Assembly: GCF_001447785.1 (NCBI RefSeq) | Contig: NW_015165278.1 | Span: forward strand, 16,620-80,619 | Source of the DNA: Gekko japonicus | Lineage: Eukaryota | Length of the DNA stretch: 64,000 bases | Reading direction: 5' to 3' | Shown: positions 13,041 through 26,726 of the stretch, piece after piece | How the letters are laid out: each line of letters opens with the position of its first letter | Position numbering within the stretch: the stretch's first letter is position 1 | Position numbers and translations under genes: made by a program | The notes under the pieces: model-generated | What the model was told of the DNA's origin: nothing | The model's database searches: none | What the model saw: only the letters and a program-made list of their open reading frames with translations

Positions 13041-14790
13041 CAAGCCCTATGTAGTGCTGAGTCCCCCCCCTCCTGAGTACCAAAAGCAAAATAATAATCA
13101 TCATCATACATGATCTTCCCACTGCAGTGATCACAAACTTGGATCCATTTCAGCTGGAACGTAATGTATAAAGAGTTTACAACATTGCCAATGAAAACAG
13201 AAGGGATTAGATCGACAAGATATTTAGCTGGAAAATGTTAATGCTTTTAAGTTCAGCAGAAATCCAGGAGGCTTCATAAATAAAAGATAAAGGGAAATCT
13301 ATAAAGCCAAATTTGTGGGGGGGAGGGGTTGTGCATCAAAACTAACATAGCAATACTAAAATATTAAACTGCGCTCCAGCAGCCAGTGTTCAGTGATAAT
13401 CCATTTAAATATAAAATTCAGCAGAACAAGAAGAACCCATTAAAAGCATTAGAGCTCCTAATGTCCCATTAAAATAATATTTCCCAACACAAATGAGTGT
13501 GTGGGTGGAAGATTCAAAAGCCAGCTGGATCAGGGATGACTTGGCCAGTCTCCTAAACAGTAATAAAGACAAGTGCTAAGCTGTCAACCAGACAGTCTCT
13601 GGTTCAAATATCACCTTTAAAGGCTAGGAGGCCTTCGCAAGCCACCTTTTCTCAGAATTGAGCCCATGTATGTCATGAAGATGATCATGCTGGCATACCT
13701 TACAGGGTTGTTGTTAGGATTGTTGAAAGTGCTTTGAACATGCTTAACTTATATGTTGAGAAGTTTTCAGAAGATGGATTGTTGTCCTTCCTTACATGCC
13801 CAGGGAAATGCTGGTCACCACTTTGGGGTCAGGAAGCAAATTTTCCCCAGGCCAGTTTNNNNNNNNNNNNNNNNNNNNNNNNNNNNNNNNNNNNNNNNNN
13901 NNNNNNNNNNNNNNNNNNNNNNNNNNNNNNNNNNNNNNNNNNNNNNNNNNNNNNNNNNNNNNNNNNNNNNNNNNNNNNNNNNNNNNNNNNNNNNNNNNNN
14001 NNNNNNNNNNNNNNNNNNNNNNNNNNNNNNNNNNNNNNNNNNNNNNNNNNNNNNNNNNNNNNNNNNNNNNNNNNNNNNNNNNNNNNNNNNNNNNNNNNNN
14101 NNNNNNNNNNNNNNNNNNNNNNNNNNNNNNNNNNNNNNNNNNNNNNNNNNNNNNNNNNNNNNNNNNNNNNTGCCTGCATTGTGCAGGGGGTTGGACTACA
14201 TGACCTTGTAGGTACCTTCCAACTCTATGATTTTCTGATATATAATTTTTAAAGGGCACAACTGCTTTACTTCTCTGGTACCACTTCTGAAGCAGTAAGG
14301 GTGAGGCCAAACAGGAACCCCACAAGGACAGCGATCTTTGGATCCAGCTGATAAAGGGTGTTAAAGATAAAACCCATTATGCTGGCATACCCCCAATATC
14401 GGTTATTGGCCCTCTTCCCTGGTTTCTTTGTTTGCTGAGGCATAAATATTGAAATAAAAACATGAAAGGAAGAGAATGGCATTCTGCAAAGTGTTTCACA
14501 TCTGATCTTTTCCCCTGCGAGGTCACAGTGAGATAACTACCTGGGCCTGCCTTCTCCCTCTTCCCTTGAGTTTCTTCATCTTGCTTAGCAAACTGGGATT
14601 CTCAAAGGGCCAGTTCGAGCATGCTGTCAAAGCCCCAACGTCCACATCCCAAAGTGGCCCTCAGAGTAGCTTTTGCCAGGGCTTTCATACTCCTCTTTTC
14701 ATCGTCAGTTGTCAACTGAGGGAAGGACAAACAGTTTCCTCCAGGCTGCCAAGTTGGGTCCAAGGGAGTCTCAGTTGCTGGGGTCCCAAC

Positions 14791-15032
14791 TAGAGTTGCC
14801 AGGTCCCCACTGGCCACCGGCAGGGGATGTGGGGGTGGGGTTGCCATATCCAGGTTGGGAGACTCCTGGAGATTTGGGGATGGAGCCTGGGGAGGACAGG
14901 GACCTCAGTGGGGTACAATGCCACAGAGTCCACCCTCTAGAGCATCCATTTTCTCCAGGGGGACTGATCTCTGTAGTCTGGAGCTGTAATTCCAGGGGAT
15001 CCCCAGGTCCCACCTGGAGGCTGGCAGCCCTA
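14791..15032. mobile_element. DNA-transposon MITE family C (TAGGGTTGCCA-type TIR); other copies at ~612-843, 27422-27733, 41460-41662
   Basis: Near-identical internal sequence among copies, with inverted termini. Confidence 0.75.
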
Positions 15033-15457
15033 GCCTTGTTGAGCCTCTGAATCATTTGGGAATTTTGAGAACAGTAAGTAGGGGCCACCACAAAATGGCT
15101 GCCATGGGAGAGCAGCAGGGCCAGTCACACAGTGTCGCCCATTGGGGTGGGGCCATCACAAAATGGCTGCCGTAGAGGGTGAGATCAGTTCTTTATTTTG
15201 CTGTTTGGTTTGAGATTCCAAAGAAAGGAATGTTACCCTAGAGATATATACCCCATCACAAATCTATTTCTCGTTTTTATCAGTGCTCCTAATCATCCCT
15301 TTGGAAATTGGCTTCCCCACAACTCTGTGTACCCACTGTTGGGGAAAAAAGGACTTTGCGCTGTCTCTTAGCCTCAGACTTCAGAGGTGGACTGTATGAG
15401 AGTCAGAGAGATAGATAGGCCAGGACCCTGATCATCCTTCCCTTCTATTGCTCTGAT

Positions 15458-15824
15458 TGTATCGGGAAGGTTCAAGAAAATTCCCTGTAAAGATAGATTG
15501 TGCCCCTGTGGGATGGGGGAAATTGAATCCATTGGACATGTGCTATTTTACTGTAAATTCCACTATGACATCTGTGTTGTTCATATTGAACCTGTGTTGG
15601 ACCCCCTTTTGGGCCAATCTGATGAGCATAAAATTAGTTCTTTATTGTCTTCGCATAATATAGACATTCTGGAACCTGTAGCAAATTTCTTTTATGAGGT
15701 ATGTAGGAGGAGAGGCTCATATTAAGGCAATTCGGAATGTGATACCCCTCCAGCCTATTTTGAGGCTCTATGCTGCATGTGTATTTGATATTTTATGCCA
15801 ATAAAGGTATTGTATTTGTATTTG
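15458..15824 (+). mobile_element. RTEX-like non-LTR 3' fragment
   Basis: RLCPCG..ESIGHVLFYC motif; AATAAA plus (TTTGTA)n tail; 12-bp TSD TATTGCTCTGAT. Confidence 0.75.
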
Positions 15825-18800
15825 TATTGCTCTGATGCTATCCCTTTGATGTGTAGGCTGGTACTCTCAGGGAATCTTCCTTCCCTCCGGCCTGACATTT
15901 TCTCTCCACACTATGCTATACTCCATCTTGGCACCATGAGGAAGGACATGCTTCCTGCATATCCATCCTAGCTAGTTAGATTAGAATCCTATCCCTATCC
16001 TTACAGTAAAGGACTCATATTAGTTTTGCAAAGATAAAGAGGCTCCGTGTGTAACTTTGTTTCTTGTCAGCACACACAAACCAGATAGACTCTGCTGTGT
16101 TATCTGCCTTGAGCCGTCTGCTAAACCCAAAATCCTTCCCCCACAATGTTTGAGGTAGTGTTTTTTGTTATGAATGAATCATTCCCCTGAACACCTCCCC
16201 CTCTTGGTTCCAGGACTTAAAGGGGTGACGTGTGGGCCAGAGACAAATGACAACATTGTTCCACCAGTCCATTCATCGCAGAGTCTTGGCTGTTTTATTC
16301 CACAACTGTGGGGCAGCTTCTTAGCTGAACAAACAGGTATTGTGACTTTTCCCCTTTTCAAATGTGTGTGGGGAGGAATAGACAGTACTCTCTGTCAGCT
16401 GAATCCCACTGGCACAGTTATTTATTGAATTACTGAATTTCTGTGCCACCTTTCCACAGTGCTCAAAGCAGTTTACAGTAAAAGAAGTTCATTAGAGGCA
16501 TTACTTGTCTCCCACCCACCCACAGTATCCAGCTAAGTGCTGGCAGTTGGTTTTCTGACACCAGGAGCCAGACTGCAAATGGAGGCAGGCTGGCAGCTTT
16601 TTCAAATGCCTTCTTGAGCAAATAACTGCTCTGCCGGATCAGACCAAAGGTTATCTAGGCCAGCATCCTGTTTCTAACAACAGCTGGCCAGATTCCTCAA
16701 GAAGTCTCCCAAACAGGAACTTATGCCAATGCCCTTCCCCTGGTATTTCCCTCTAGTATCTGGTGGTATTCAGGGATAGACTGCCCCTGTATGTGGAAGT
16801 TCCACTGAAGGATTCATGTTCTAGCTCTTAATAGATGCACCCTCCATAAATAAGCTAAATCCCTTTTTTTTTAAGCCATCCAAGTTTTACCTATGCCACA
16901 CACACACATTTTTATCATGCACCGGCCATTGCACTTGTATCTGGAAAAACCGGTTTGGATAGCCTTTCAGGTGTAAACAGAGGATTAAACAAGTGTTGCC
17001 TAAATGCCAGATACATTCTATCCTTTTTTTCCTTGTCCCAAGAATCTTTTTTTTAAAAGCTAACCAAATGTATTTCTGTGTACTCCTGTTACTTTTGCTG
17101 TGATCCCCCGATTTCTCCCCCGTCCTTTTAATCCAGTCTCTACCAACTTCACTCTTCCAACCTGCAGTGTGAGAGCTCTAAGATCTCTGAAGTGATCAGA
17201 GAGTGTGCAGAACACTTTTCCCCAGTCACAATAACCAATCCTCAGATATTCAGATTTCAGATCACAAGACATGACTTCCCAGTAGGTCTTGTACCCCAGC
17301 CCTTGACAGTTTCTAAATTAAGCACCATGCTCAAAACAAAACATCTGTCTCTGACTCACTTCTGACAGGATGAGACAATAGAACCCATTGATATTGCAGA
17401 TAAAAGAATACCGTTTTTGAATGCTCCCCAAATATATTGGTTTCTATAAAGTGGACACTGGACCTTACAAATGGCTGAAATCAACAAGAGAGACACTTCA
17501 AGTTTCTCAAGGGGGAGATTCAGTGTTGACACCACGGAGTTGGAATTCGTTTGGAGCTGGTGTAAGGCAGAGTGTGAAATAAATGACGTGTAATACAGAA
17601 GGTATTGTTCTGTTCAAATCATGCCTCCACCACAAAACTACCAGAGTGAACTTAGAGGATCAGATGGGCAATGGGAGTTCTAGGTCTCCCAGATGCACGA
17701 GGGTCTGATTCTGATTGTGACCACAGCACACGCTTCAGCCTTCCTCCCCATGCCACTTTCACTTCTTGAAACAGCTTTGCTGTGTGGTAAGCTTAATGTG
17801 CTCTGCTACATTGATGAGAGATTCCTGGCTGTACTAACACAAGAGAATCCAACAGGGTATGGGCCCAGATAGAGTTAAACTCACCTCCTGTGACCAGAAC
17901 AAAGAGTCAGCACGTGTGGGGTTTAACCAAATAAACAAAAGATGTGTGCCTGCAAAAACAGCCATTTTTTGAGAAGAGACAGAATGTTTCAACACTGGAA
18001 GTGCTGCGTGAATTTACTTATTTGCTTCGTTTATGCCACTCAGAACCCAGAAAAGTACAGCAAAACAGCACTGCATGGATGCAACGGGGGCAGAGAAGTG
18101 AGTTCACTTTGCTGCCATCACCACCTCAGAGGTGGCACAACAACGTGCTCTCGTTTGCGCTCGCTCACATTCACTTTGCGTTTTTCCTCCAGCTGCGCTC
18201 CAGCCATCTGCCCAACCGCTTCATAGTTCCAAGCTTATCATTACACCAAGGGGCATTCCAGGCTCTGCAGGAAGGAAGAGGGTGTTTTGGAGGAATCATG
18301 TCCTCAGCCTGGGTCATCTCAGTAGTCCACAGATAGATCACTGCTGTGACCAGAGCACCAACCCGAGGAACCAGAAGATCCCCAAGAGATGTCAGGAAAC
18401 CATCCGGATCCATCGGCCTCCTGGACGGACCACCCTAACCAGCCCCCACCCTTGCAGAGATTCTGAGTGAACCTCACCAGGCAATGGTCAGTCCATGATA
18501 AGGGCAGAGTGGAAAACTGACCCAATATCAAGCCATGCATTTCGTCCCCCAAGAAAACCAAATCAAGTGTATGTTTCTGTCTATGCGTAGAGAGTAGAAA
18601 TGTTCTGGGACAAACCCATGGTTGTCATGGTGGACATGGAGTCCTGAGCCACTCCTGTCAGGGCAATCTTGGCATAGACCCTGAAGTCCCAGAGGACAAC
18701 AAACCTTGGGGGGAGGGATCTTCAGTGCCAAAATTGAGACAGCTGAGGTCATCTCAGGTAGGGAAGCAGTCGGGCAACAACAGAATATCTGTTCTGTCCT

Positions 18801-19037
18801 GTCTCCACAGCATCAGGTACAGTCACTCAGCATTGGGACTCTGGGGAAAAATTACTTGGTAAGTGCCACAGAGGCCTGATAGACCACAGCCAATAGGCCA
18901 CCACTACTCCCCCTTCCCACCTACCAAGCATAGGCTGGTGCTGTACCAGGAAAGCAGGGGTAGAGGAGCTGGGGATATTGGGTTAACTGTAAAAAAATCG
19001 TTTGACTTGGAAGCACAGAAACTTTGCACAGTATCCC

Positions 19038-19188
19038 CAATTCTCTGTTTATTGGTTAAGGAAGAAATGCTGTTCCAACAATTTACAAAGATGATCAGAC
19101 TCCAATGGTAACAATTCTCCGTTTATTGGTTAAGGGAGAAACGCTGTTCCAACAATTTACAAAGATGATCCGACTCCAATGGTAACAA
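19038..19188 (+). repeat. Direct tandem duplication, 74-bp unit
   Basis: Copies start at 19038 and 19112. Confidence 0.9.
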
Positions 19189-19281
19189 GAGAAAGAAATT
19201 TTACTTACAAAGACAGAAGCACATCTTACATGACATATTCATGGTGGCACATTTAACTTATTGTGAACAGATTAACTTCAA

Positions 19282-19518
19282 CAGTAGAAAAGAGCAAGAG
19301 TCCAGCAGCACCTTAAAGACTAACAAAATCTGTGGCAGGGTAGGAGCTTCCGGGAGTCACTGACCATTTCTTCAGATACACTAAATCCTGTATCTGAAGA
19401 AGTGAGCGGTGACTACCCAAAAGCCCATCCCCTGCCACAGATTTTGTGAGTCTTTAAGGTGCCGCTGGACTCTTGCTCTTTTCCGCTGCTACAGACAGAC
19501 TAACACAGCTACCCATCT
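19282..19518. mobile_element. Penelope-derived foldback element with two opposed hammerhead-like motifs
   Basis: ~98-bp inverted arms centred on TTCTTCAGATAC...GTATCTGAAGAA; 13-bp TSD AGATTAACTTCAA (19269-19281 / 19519-19531). Confidence 0.75.
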
Positions 19519-22079
19519 AGATTAACTTCAAAAAGGTTAATTTGCTCCAAGCTCAGGTAAAAGAGTGAGAAATTTGTTGTTGTTCAGTCGCACAGTCGTG
19601 TCCGACTCTTCGTGACCCCGTGGACAAGATCTCTCCAGGCCCTCCTGTTTTCCGCCGTCCTCTGAAGTTTGCTCAATTTCATGTTCTTGCATCGATGACA
19701 CTATCTATCCATCTCATCCTTTGCCGTCCCCGTCTTCTTTGACCTTCAATCTTTCCCAGCATCAGGGTCTTCTCCAGTGAGTGCTCCCTTCTCACACAGA
19801 AGACAAGCAACAGCTGAAGAGGCTCAGCATTTAATCAATTAGAGGGTGGGGCCAACTGCCCAGTGTATCCCAGTGGGAGAATTCTCTTAACCCTTTCCCT
19901 TCCAGATCTCCTTGCATGCAGAGTTACCATGTCCAACAGGGAGAGAGCCTCCCCCTCTTCTACACACACCCAGGTCCATGTGATACACAACAGGTCAGCT
20001 TCTTCATCCAATTTTAATCCTGGATATGAGGGAGGTTTTATTTTGAATTGACCTGGCATTCATTTCTGAATAGCACTTTCAGACTCAGCAGGTGATCAGC
20101 AAGATTACCAGGGGATGGTCCTCCTCTCTCCCTAGCCACAGTTGGAAGAAGGACTGAATTATTAAAAAAAACCTTTAAGGTGCTACAAAATTCTTTGTTG
20201 TCTTTTATACAGTATTTTATTATGAGAACAGTCTTGGCGTTTTTTTACTCTTATCACTGAAGATTTGTCCTATTGCCAGTTTGGTGTAGTGGTTAGGAGC
20301 GCGGACTCTAATCTGGGAGAACTGGGTTTGATTCCCCTCTCCTCCCCATGCAGCTGCTGGGTGACCTTGGGTCAGTCATAAGTTCTTTCAGAGTTGTTCT
20401 CTCAAGAGCAGTTCTCTCAAGAGCTCTCCAAGCCCCACTTACCTCACAGGATATCTGTTGTAGGGAGGGAAGGAGATTGTAAGCTGCGGTGAGACTCTGA
20501 GTGAAGGGCAGGGGATAAATCCAATCTCCTCTTCTTTTAATATGCTGTACTATAAACTGTAGATTATGAACATAGTCACTTCATTTGTATGGTGTACTTT
20601 GTACACAGATATATTATGGAAATTCCTGTGGTTAAAATCAAACAATTGTGGTCAAGAATCAAGACCTTTGTACTTACTTAATGTAAGTCCTCGCTGATGT
20701 GTAAAGACTGAGTAAAGGCCGAGGAGCAGGAGTAACGCACAGAGGCTGGAACCTCCCGGCACAAAGTCCCCATTGTAAAGACGCAAAACACGTTTGCTTA
20801 CCCTGGATATTCCAAATGTTTTTGCTGTATTTTGACTTGCTGTGTTTGTCTTGCCAGATGTGGTAAAAAAAGAAACACATACGCTGGATGGAGGCAGCTC
20901 AAGATGTTTTGGTCCCTGGGGAGAAAAATGCAAATGGCAACACCCCCCCCACACACACACACACCACCAGGTTGTTAAAAATACAGTCAATTCAACTGAC
21001 AACCTTGGGTCAGTCACAAGCTCTGGCACAGCTGTTCCTGAAAGAGCAGTTTCTGTCAGAGTTCTCTCGGCCCCACCCACCTCACAGGGCGGCTGTTGTG
21101 GGGAGGGGAAGGGAAAGGTGCTTGTAAGCCGCTCTGAGACTCCAAGTGAAGGGCGGGGTATAAATCCAATCTCGCCCCCAGGCACTCCCTTGGGAGGGTG
21201 CAGAGATGTGTGCGGGGTGCCTCCTGACTTATTTAAAGACCCCCAAATTTAAAAAATCCTGGCTACAGGCCTGTTTTTTTGTACCCCTAAATCCCCAGTT
21301 GAGGGTTAAATTAGACCTCACGGGAGGGTCCTTATGTTTTTATTTTCATCTGCTAATTCATGTGTGAAGTGGGGTGCTCAGCTTTTTAAAAATGAAAACG
21401 GTGGGCAAAGGGAGCCGTTCTCTGCCTTCTTCCCTGCCTTACCTCACATGAACCTGGCTTGTACTGAATCAGACCATCGGTGTCCATCAAGGCCAGTATT
21501 GTCTACTCAGACTGGCAGCAGCTCTCCAGGGTCTCAGGCAGAGGTCTTTCACATCACCTACTGCCTGGTCCTTTTAACTGGAGATGTCTGGGATTGAACT
21601 GGGGCCTTCTGTATGCCAAGCAGATACTCTTCCACTAAGCCATAGCCCTTCCCCTTAAAAGAGGACCCCTTCTCACATGAACACACACAAACCCATGAAT
21701 CTGCCTTATACTGAATCAGGCCCTTTGGCCATCAAGAGCAATATCATCTGCCTAGACTGGCAGCAACTCTCCAGGATCTCAAGCAGAGGTCTTTCGCATC
21801 ACCTATTACCTGATTTTTTAAAAGTGGAGATGTCCGGTATTGAACCTGGGACTGTCTGCGTGCCAAGCAGAAGCTCTATCACTGTGCCACCATGGGCCCT
21901 CTCTACTTTCATCATTGTTCTTTCAGCCCACCTTTCAATACCAGAGCCAGGCTTGGCAGAAAACACCTGAAAGCTCTGAGGTGCAATAATTTAATTTTTG
22001 CCACGTGAGAGAGAGGCAAAACTAATCCGTTGACGTTAGAAAACAAGTTTCGTCGTACACAAAAGAAGGCGCATTCTTG

Positions 22080-24090
22080 GGGAGAAACCATCTCCTGCAG
22101 GTTGCTTCTATATGGCTCAGTCTTTTCTCCTGTGCTATTCAATCTCAATGTAAATCCCTTAGGAGAAATCATTCACGCTTTTGGAATAGGGAGTCATCAA
22201 TATGCTGGTGACATTCAGCTCTATATGTCTTTATTCAAACTGCCGGGGAATGGGGTGAAATGCTGAACCAACATCTGCTGCAGGTCAAGGTCAAGGTCAA
22301 ATACCTTTAATGGCATATCAATAAAATACATGATGTGATAAAATATGAGCAAGAAAGCATTACAGAGATAACAAAATAAGGCTGATCATACAAAAAGCTT
22401 GTTTCTATCTTTGACCGCCTCAGCCAAGAACTTAGCAACTAGAGCTGTGAGGTCCGGGTTTGTGTCATTTAGCAGATATTGTATTATCCTGTCATTGTTA
22501 ATACAATGTTTAGGGTATAGTGGAGAGGAAAGGAGTTTCTTTCACGGGCCTGTGTGCAATTGGCAGTCCAAGATGATATGGTGAATTGAATCTATCGATT
22601 TTAAAGGACAGATACATTGCCTTTCACGGAAAGGGACTTTGTTATACCAACCAGTTAATATTTTTGAAGGAAAGATGTTTAGTCGGGCAAATGTAAAAGC
22701 TCTACGATGAGAAGGGTCATCTAAGTTGTAAAAATAACTGGCCATTTCCCCTTGCTGGATAGAAAGGTTTAGTTTGACCTGCTGCAGTTAATGGCTAAGG
22801 GTAAAGAAGATGAAACGGAGTCTTGACAAGATGGAGGTGCTGTTGGTTGAGAAGGACACGAGACTTCCCTCGTTTGACGGGGTCCAGCTGACTCTCGCTG
22901 ACTCCATTAATAGTCTCGAGGTGATACTCAATCAAGCTTTATTGGTGGAGAAGCAAGCTGATGCGGCAGCAAAAAAAAAGTATTTTACACACTCCACTTA
23001 GGTCAAAAGATGACCCCCTATCTTGACTCGGATGACTCTGGCTAGATGGACCCATGCTATGGCTTCCTCAAGGTGGGACAATGGTAATGCACTCTGCCCT
23101 TAAAGACATTATTCTGAAACTGTAGTTGGTTCAGATCGCCCCACCCTGGCCACTATTGGAATCTGCACATCACGCCCCACTCTGCAGACCCTCGGATGGT
23201 TAAAAAGGTAATCCGACTCTAGGGTTGCGGTGCTCATCTCCATTTCAAAGCCGAAGAGCCAGCGCTGTCCAAAGACATTTCCATGGTCATGTGGCCGGCA
23301 TGAGTAAACACCAAGGCACACGGAACGCTGTTACCTTCCCACTGAAGTGGTACCTATTTATCTACTTGCAATTTCTTGCTTTCGAACTGCTAGGTTGGCA
23401 GGAGCTGGAACTAGAGATGGGAGCTCACTCCGTCATGCGGCACACTCGGGTCTCGAACTGCTGAACTAGCGACCTTCCACAGCCTGCAGTTCAGCGTCTT
23501 AACCACTTGAGCCATCGCAGCTCCGATGGTTACCCATCAGTTAACAGGTTCAGTTCGAGGTGCTAGTGGTCACCTGCAACGCACATAAAGGCCTACGCAT
23601 TCCCTGCTACACATCTCCCGCTATGTTCCACTGAGACCGTTCCGCCCGACTGAGCGAAGCCTTCTAAAGGTGCACCCTGCAAACAGGTAAAATCGTCAGT
23701 TGCCCGGTCACACGCATTCTCCGGTGGCTCCTACATTGTGGAATGGTATACCGGAGGCTGTTAGGAAGGGCCCCCCACACCTCTGTTGCTCTGCAAAATA
23801 TGCAAAACAATTGTTCAGGGGGGGGGGGGGGGGGGGTTTTTTGGGGCTGAAGTTTTTTTGGGTGGTGTAATAGGCTCCGCTCAGGAGGTGCCTTTTATTA
23901 GAGAGAAAGTCTTGACTACACTGATTGTCTTCGTGGCCTCAGACTGACGTTTGCATTTTTTGTTCTGTTTTCCCCCCCTCCGGCCCAACTGCATTATTTC
24001 GTCTTATTAGTTTTTATCATACTTGGAATCTGCCTTAAGCCCCACCGAGAAAAGCAGACTCTCAATGAAAAATGAAAAATAAATAAATGA
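22080..24090 (+). mobile_element. Old L2 LINE 3' region (RT fragment) hosting RTEX-like and Sauria insertions
   Basis: GSVFSPVLFNL..GEII..HQYAGDIQLY (degenerate YADD motif); ends in an (AAAT)n-like tail near 24080. Confidence 0.75.
22284..22778 (-). mobile_element. RTEX-like non-LTR 3' fragment
   Basis: RRAFTFARLN..RQCIC..HIILDC zinc-knuckle-like motif; (TTGACC)n tail; TSD CTGCTGCAG. Confidence 0.7.
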
Positions 24091-24405
24091 ATAGATGGTG
24101 ACTCCCGGCGCCTCCAGACACACCGATTGCAGGAAGTTGCTGCAGTAAAGGGGAGCATTGTGATAACATTGTGCACAGTTTGGGCAACGCTTTGTCTAGC
24201 TCTTGTTTTCCCCTCCTCACTCCAGAGAAAATGCACACTCCCACTTTCTTAGTGGCTGCAGGGCAAGACCTGCGGAGTCGGACTATGCATCCCCATAGCC
24301 GTCATGGAGGTGAGTATGGAGCTCATCTCCGCATGCCTCCCTTTTCAGCCCTTTAGACCTGGAGTCGTGGGCTTTGGCAGGCACAGCAGGGAGGAGTGAG
24401 GAGGG

Positions 24406-24641
24406 TGAAAAGTACGCAAACGGAGAGTGATTTCAGCAAAGCGTACTTCGATCAGGAACAAGACGACTTTGGCCGGCTCGCAGGCCGGCTTATATCCCCC
24501 GAGAAACCGCCACCCAAAACACACCCCTACTTCCCTATAGGTTATTTACAGTGGCCGAGAGTCCCATAGGCTCTCGGCCGCGAACCTAGCCCCCTGATTG
24601 GAGCGTTTGTCTCTGGACTTGTCTGGACTGGATACATTACA
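24406..24641 (-). mobile_element. Solo LTR (236 bp)
   Basis: TG...CA termini, 5-bp TSD GAGGG (24401-24405 / 24642-24646), minus-strand CCAAT and ATATAA boxes, CpG-rich. Confidence 0.7.
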
Positions 24642-26075
24642 GAGGGCAGCCGCAGCACAAGCAGTGTGGAAATGGACTTCTAATGTGTCATGTTAACAAT
24701 TATGCTTTGCTTCAGTCCTGAACTCCTGATTGGTTCTACAACCCAAATCCTAACTCGCCGTTTACTGAATGTCCCATCTTGCTGATTGTCTTGACTCGCT
24801 CTGTGCAATCTGTGTTGAGTCCCAGTGAGAAAGGTGGACTGTGAATAACAAAACATACATACATATTTGGAGAAACCCACATTTCCCCTGGGAAACACAG
24901 GGGTTTTGCGAACAGGCCCAATAACCTGTATTTTGTGGAAGGAGACCAAGAAGGGAAGGGGGGGGAGAGAAGACAGGGAGGTATGACAGAGAAGTTGTGG
25001 CTGCATGGCACAACATCTGCTTGGCCTGCAGAAGGTCCCGGGCTCAGTCCCCAGGACCTCCAGTTAAAAAGAGCAAGTAGTAGGTGATGTGAAAGACCTC
25101 TTCCTGAGACCCCAGGAAGCTGCTGTCTGTCTGAGTAGGCAATACTGATCTTGCTGGACCAGTGCTCTGATTCCCTATAAGGCAGCTTCCCAAGGCGGGG
25201 TAGAAGGGTTCTGGTCAGTGTTCTAAGCTTACAGGGAACATTGGTTCTGGTGCCTTCTCTCTTCTTCAGATTGGTACTGCACCACTGGAAATGAGGAAGA
25301 AGAAGAGGAGGAGGAGGAAGAGGAGATTGGATTTATACGCCGCCCTTCACCCGGAGTCTCAGAGCGGTTTATAATCTCCTTCCCTTCCTCTCCCCATGAC
25401 AGACACCTGTGAGGTGGGCAGGGCTGAGAGAGCTCTTTCCAGAACTGTCCTTGAGATAACAGCTCTGACAGAACTATGGCTTGCCCAAGGTCATCCAGCA
25501 GCTGCAAGTGGAGGAGTGGGGAATCAAACCTGGTTCTCCCAGATTAGAGTCCGCGCACTTAACCACTACACCAAACTGGCTCACAAGACTCCACAGCTTA
25601 GGGGGAGCACTGGTTCTGGTGCCTTCTCTCTTCTTCAGATTGGTACTGCACCACTGGAAAGGAGTAAGAACATTTCAAGATCTTATCCGAAGAAATGTGC
25701 GCACACACAAAAGCTTATACCTGGAATAAAACTTTGTTGGTTTTAAAAGGCGCCACTGGACTCAGACTTTGTCCTGCTGCTTCAGACCAACACGCCTGCC
25801 CCGCCTGAATCAAGATCTTACGCTGCAGCTGTAAAAATTGCATATCAAAGATATTTTTCATTATCGTGGCCTGGTTGGGAACACTTCTGCAGTGAGTGTC
25901 CAACAGATGCTACCGAGACAAAAACTCAGACACAATGACTGATGCAAAGCTTTACAGTTTATTTTACAAGCTATTATACACGTTCTAAAACACAGCGCTT
26001 TTCATTTAGACAAAATAACTGTAATTTTAATTTGTTCTTGTGACTTCCGTTGGGCGGGGAGTGGGTTGCTGCTTT

Positions 26076-26089
26076 TCAGATGGGCTGTC
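26076..26089 (-). CDS. C11orf97: C11orf97 homolog, terminal coding exon 4 (R-Q-P-I-stop) followed by a short 3'UTR
   Basis: Polypyrimidine tract tttttctccccccatttag|GA CAG CCC ATC TGA is phase-compatible with exon 3; AATAAA on the minus strand at 25958-25963. Confidence 0.65.
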
Positions 26090-26726
26090 CTAAATGGGGG
26101 GAGAAAAAGTATGAGAGGCTGATAAATATTATCTTGGAGTGGCCTTCCCAACTAGGCAGTTCTGTTTTTGTAGCATGACCTCACTGGTTACAACAAATCA
26201 GACAATGATTTGCATATGGACAGTGGAAACCCAGTACAAAGCTGTGGAATTCTTATGTGCAAAAATTCTACTTTGTGAGCTACTGGCATTAAAGTTGTGA
26301 GTGAGTAATTTGGCTACTACATAAATTAGTTTGCTCTGGAGCCATTTTCCTAAGACAAAAATGTGTGAGCTGGAGGCTAACTCAGCTTAGTGGGAACACT
26401 GGTTAGCACATGTCTCTCAGTCCCAGAACCTGAAATGCTTTATAATTTTAATAATCAGGGACAAGACGCCTTACATTGGGATGTCAGGAATAAAGCTTGC
26501 AGGCACACACAAAGTCTTTTATAGAAGAAATGGTTCTTTGAGAGAATCAGAAAACTTCTATGCCCCATCACTATGAAGCTGGCTTGAGCCAGTTTGGTGT
26601 AGTGGTACTTAGGAGCCCAAACTCTAATCTGGGAGAACTGGGTTTGCTTCCCCACTCCTCCACATGCAGCCAGCTGGGTGATGTAGGGTCAGTTACAAGT
26701 TCTTTCAGAGATGTTTTCTCAAGGAC

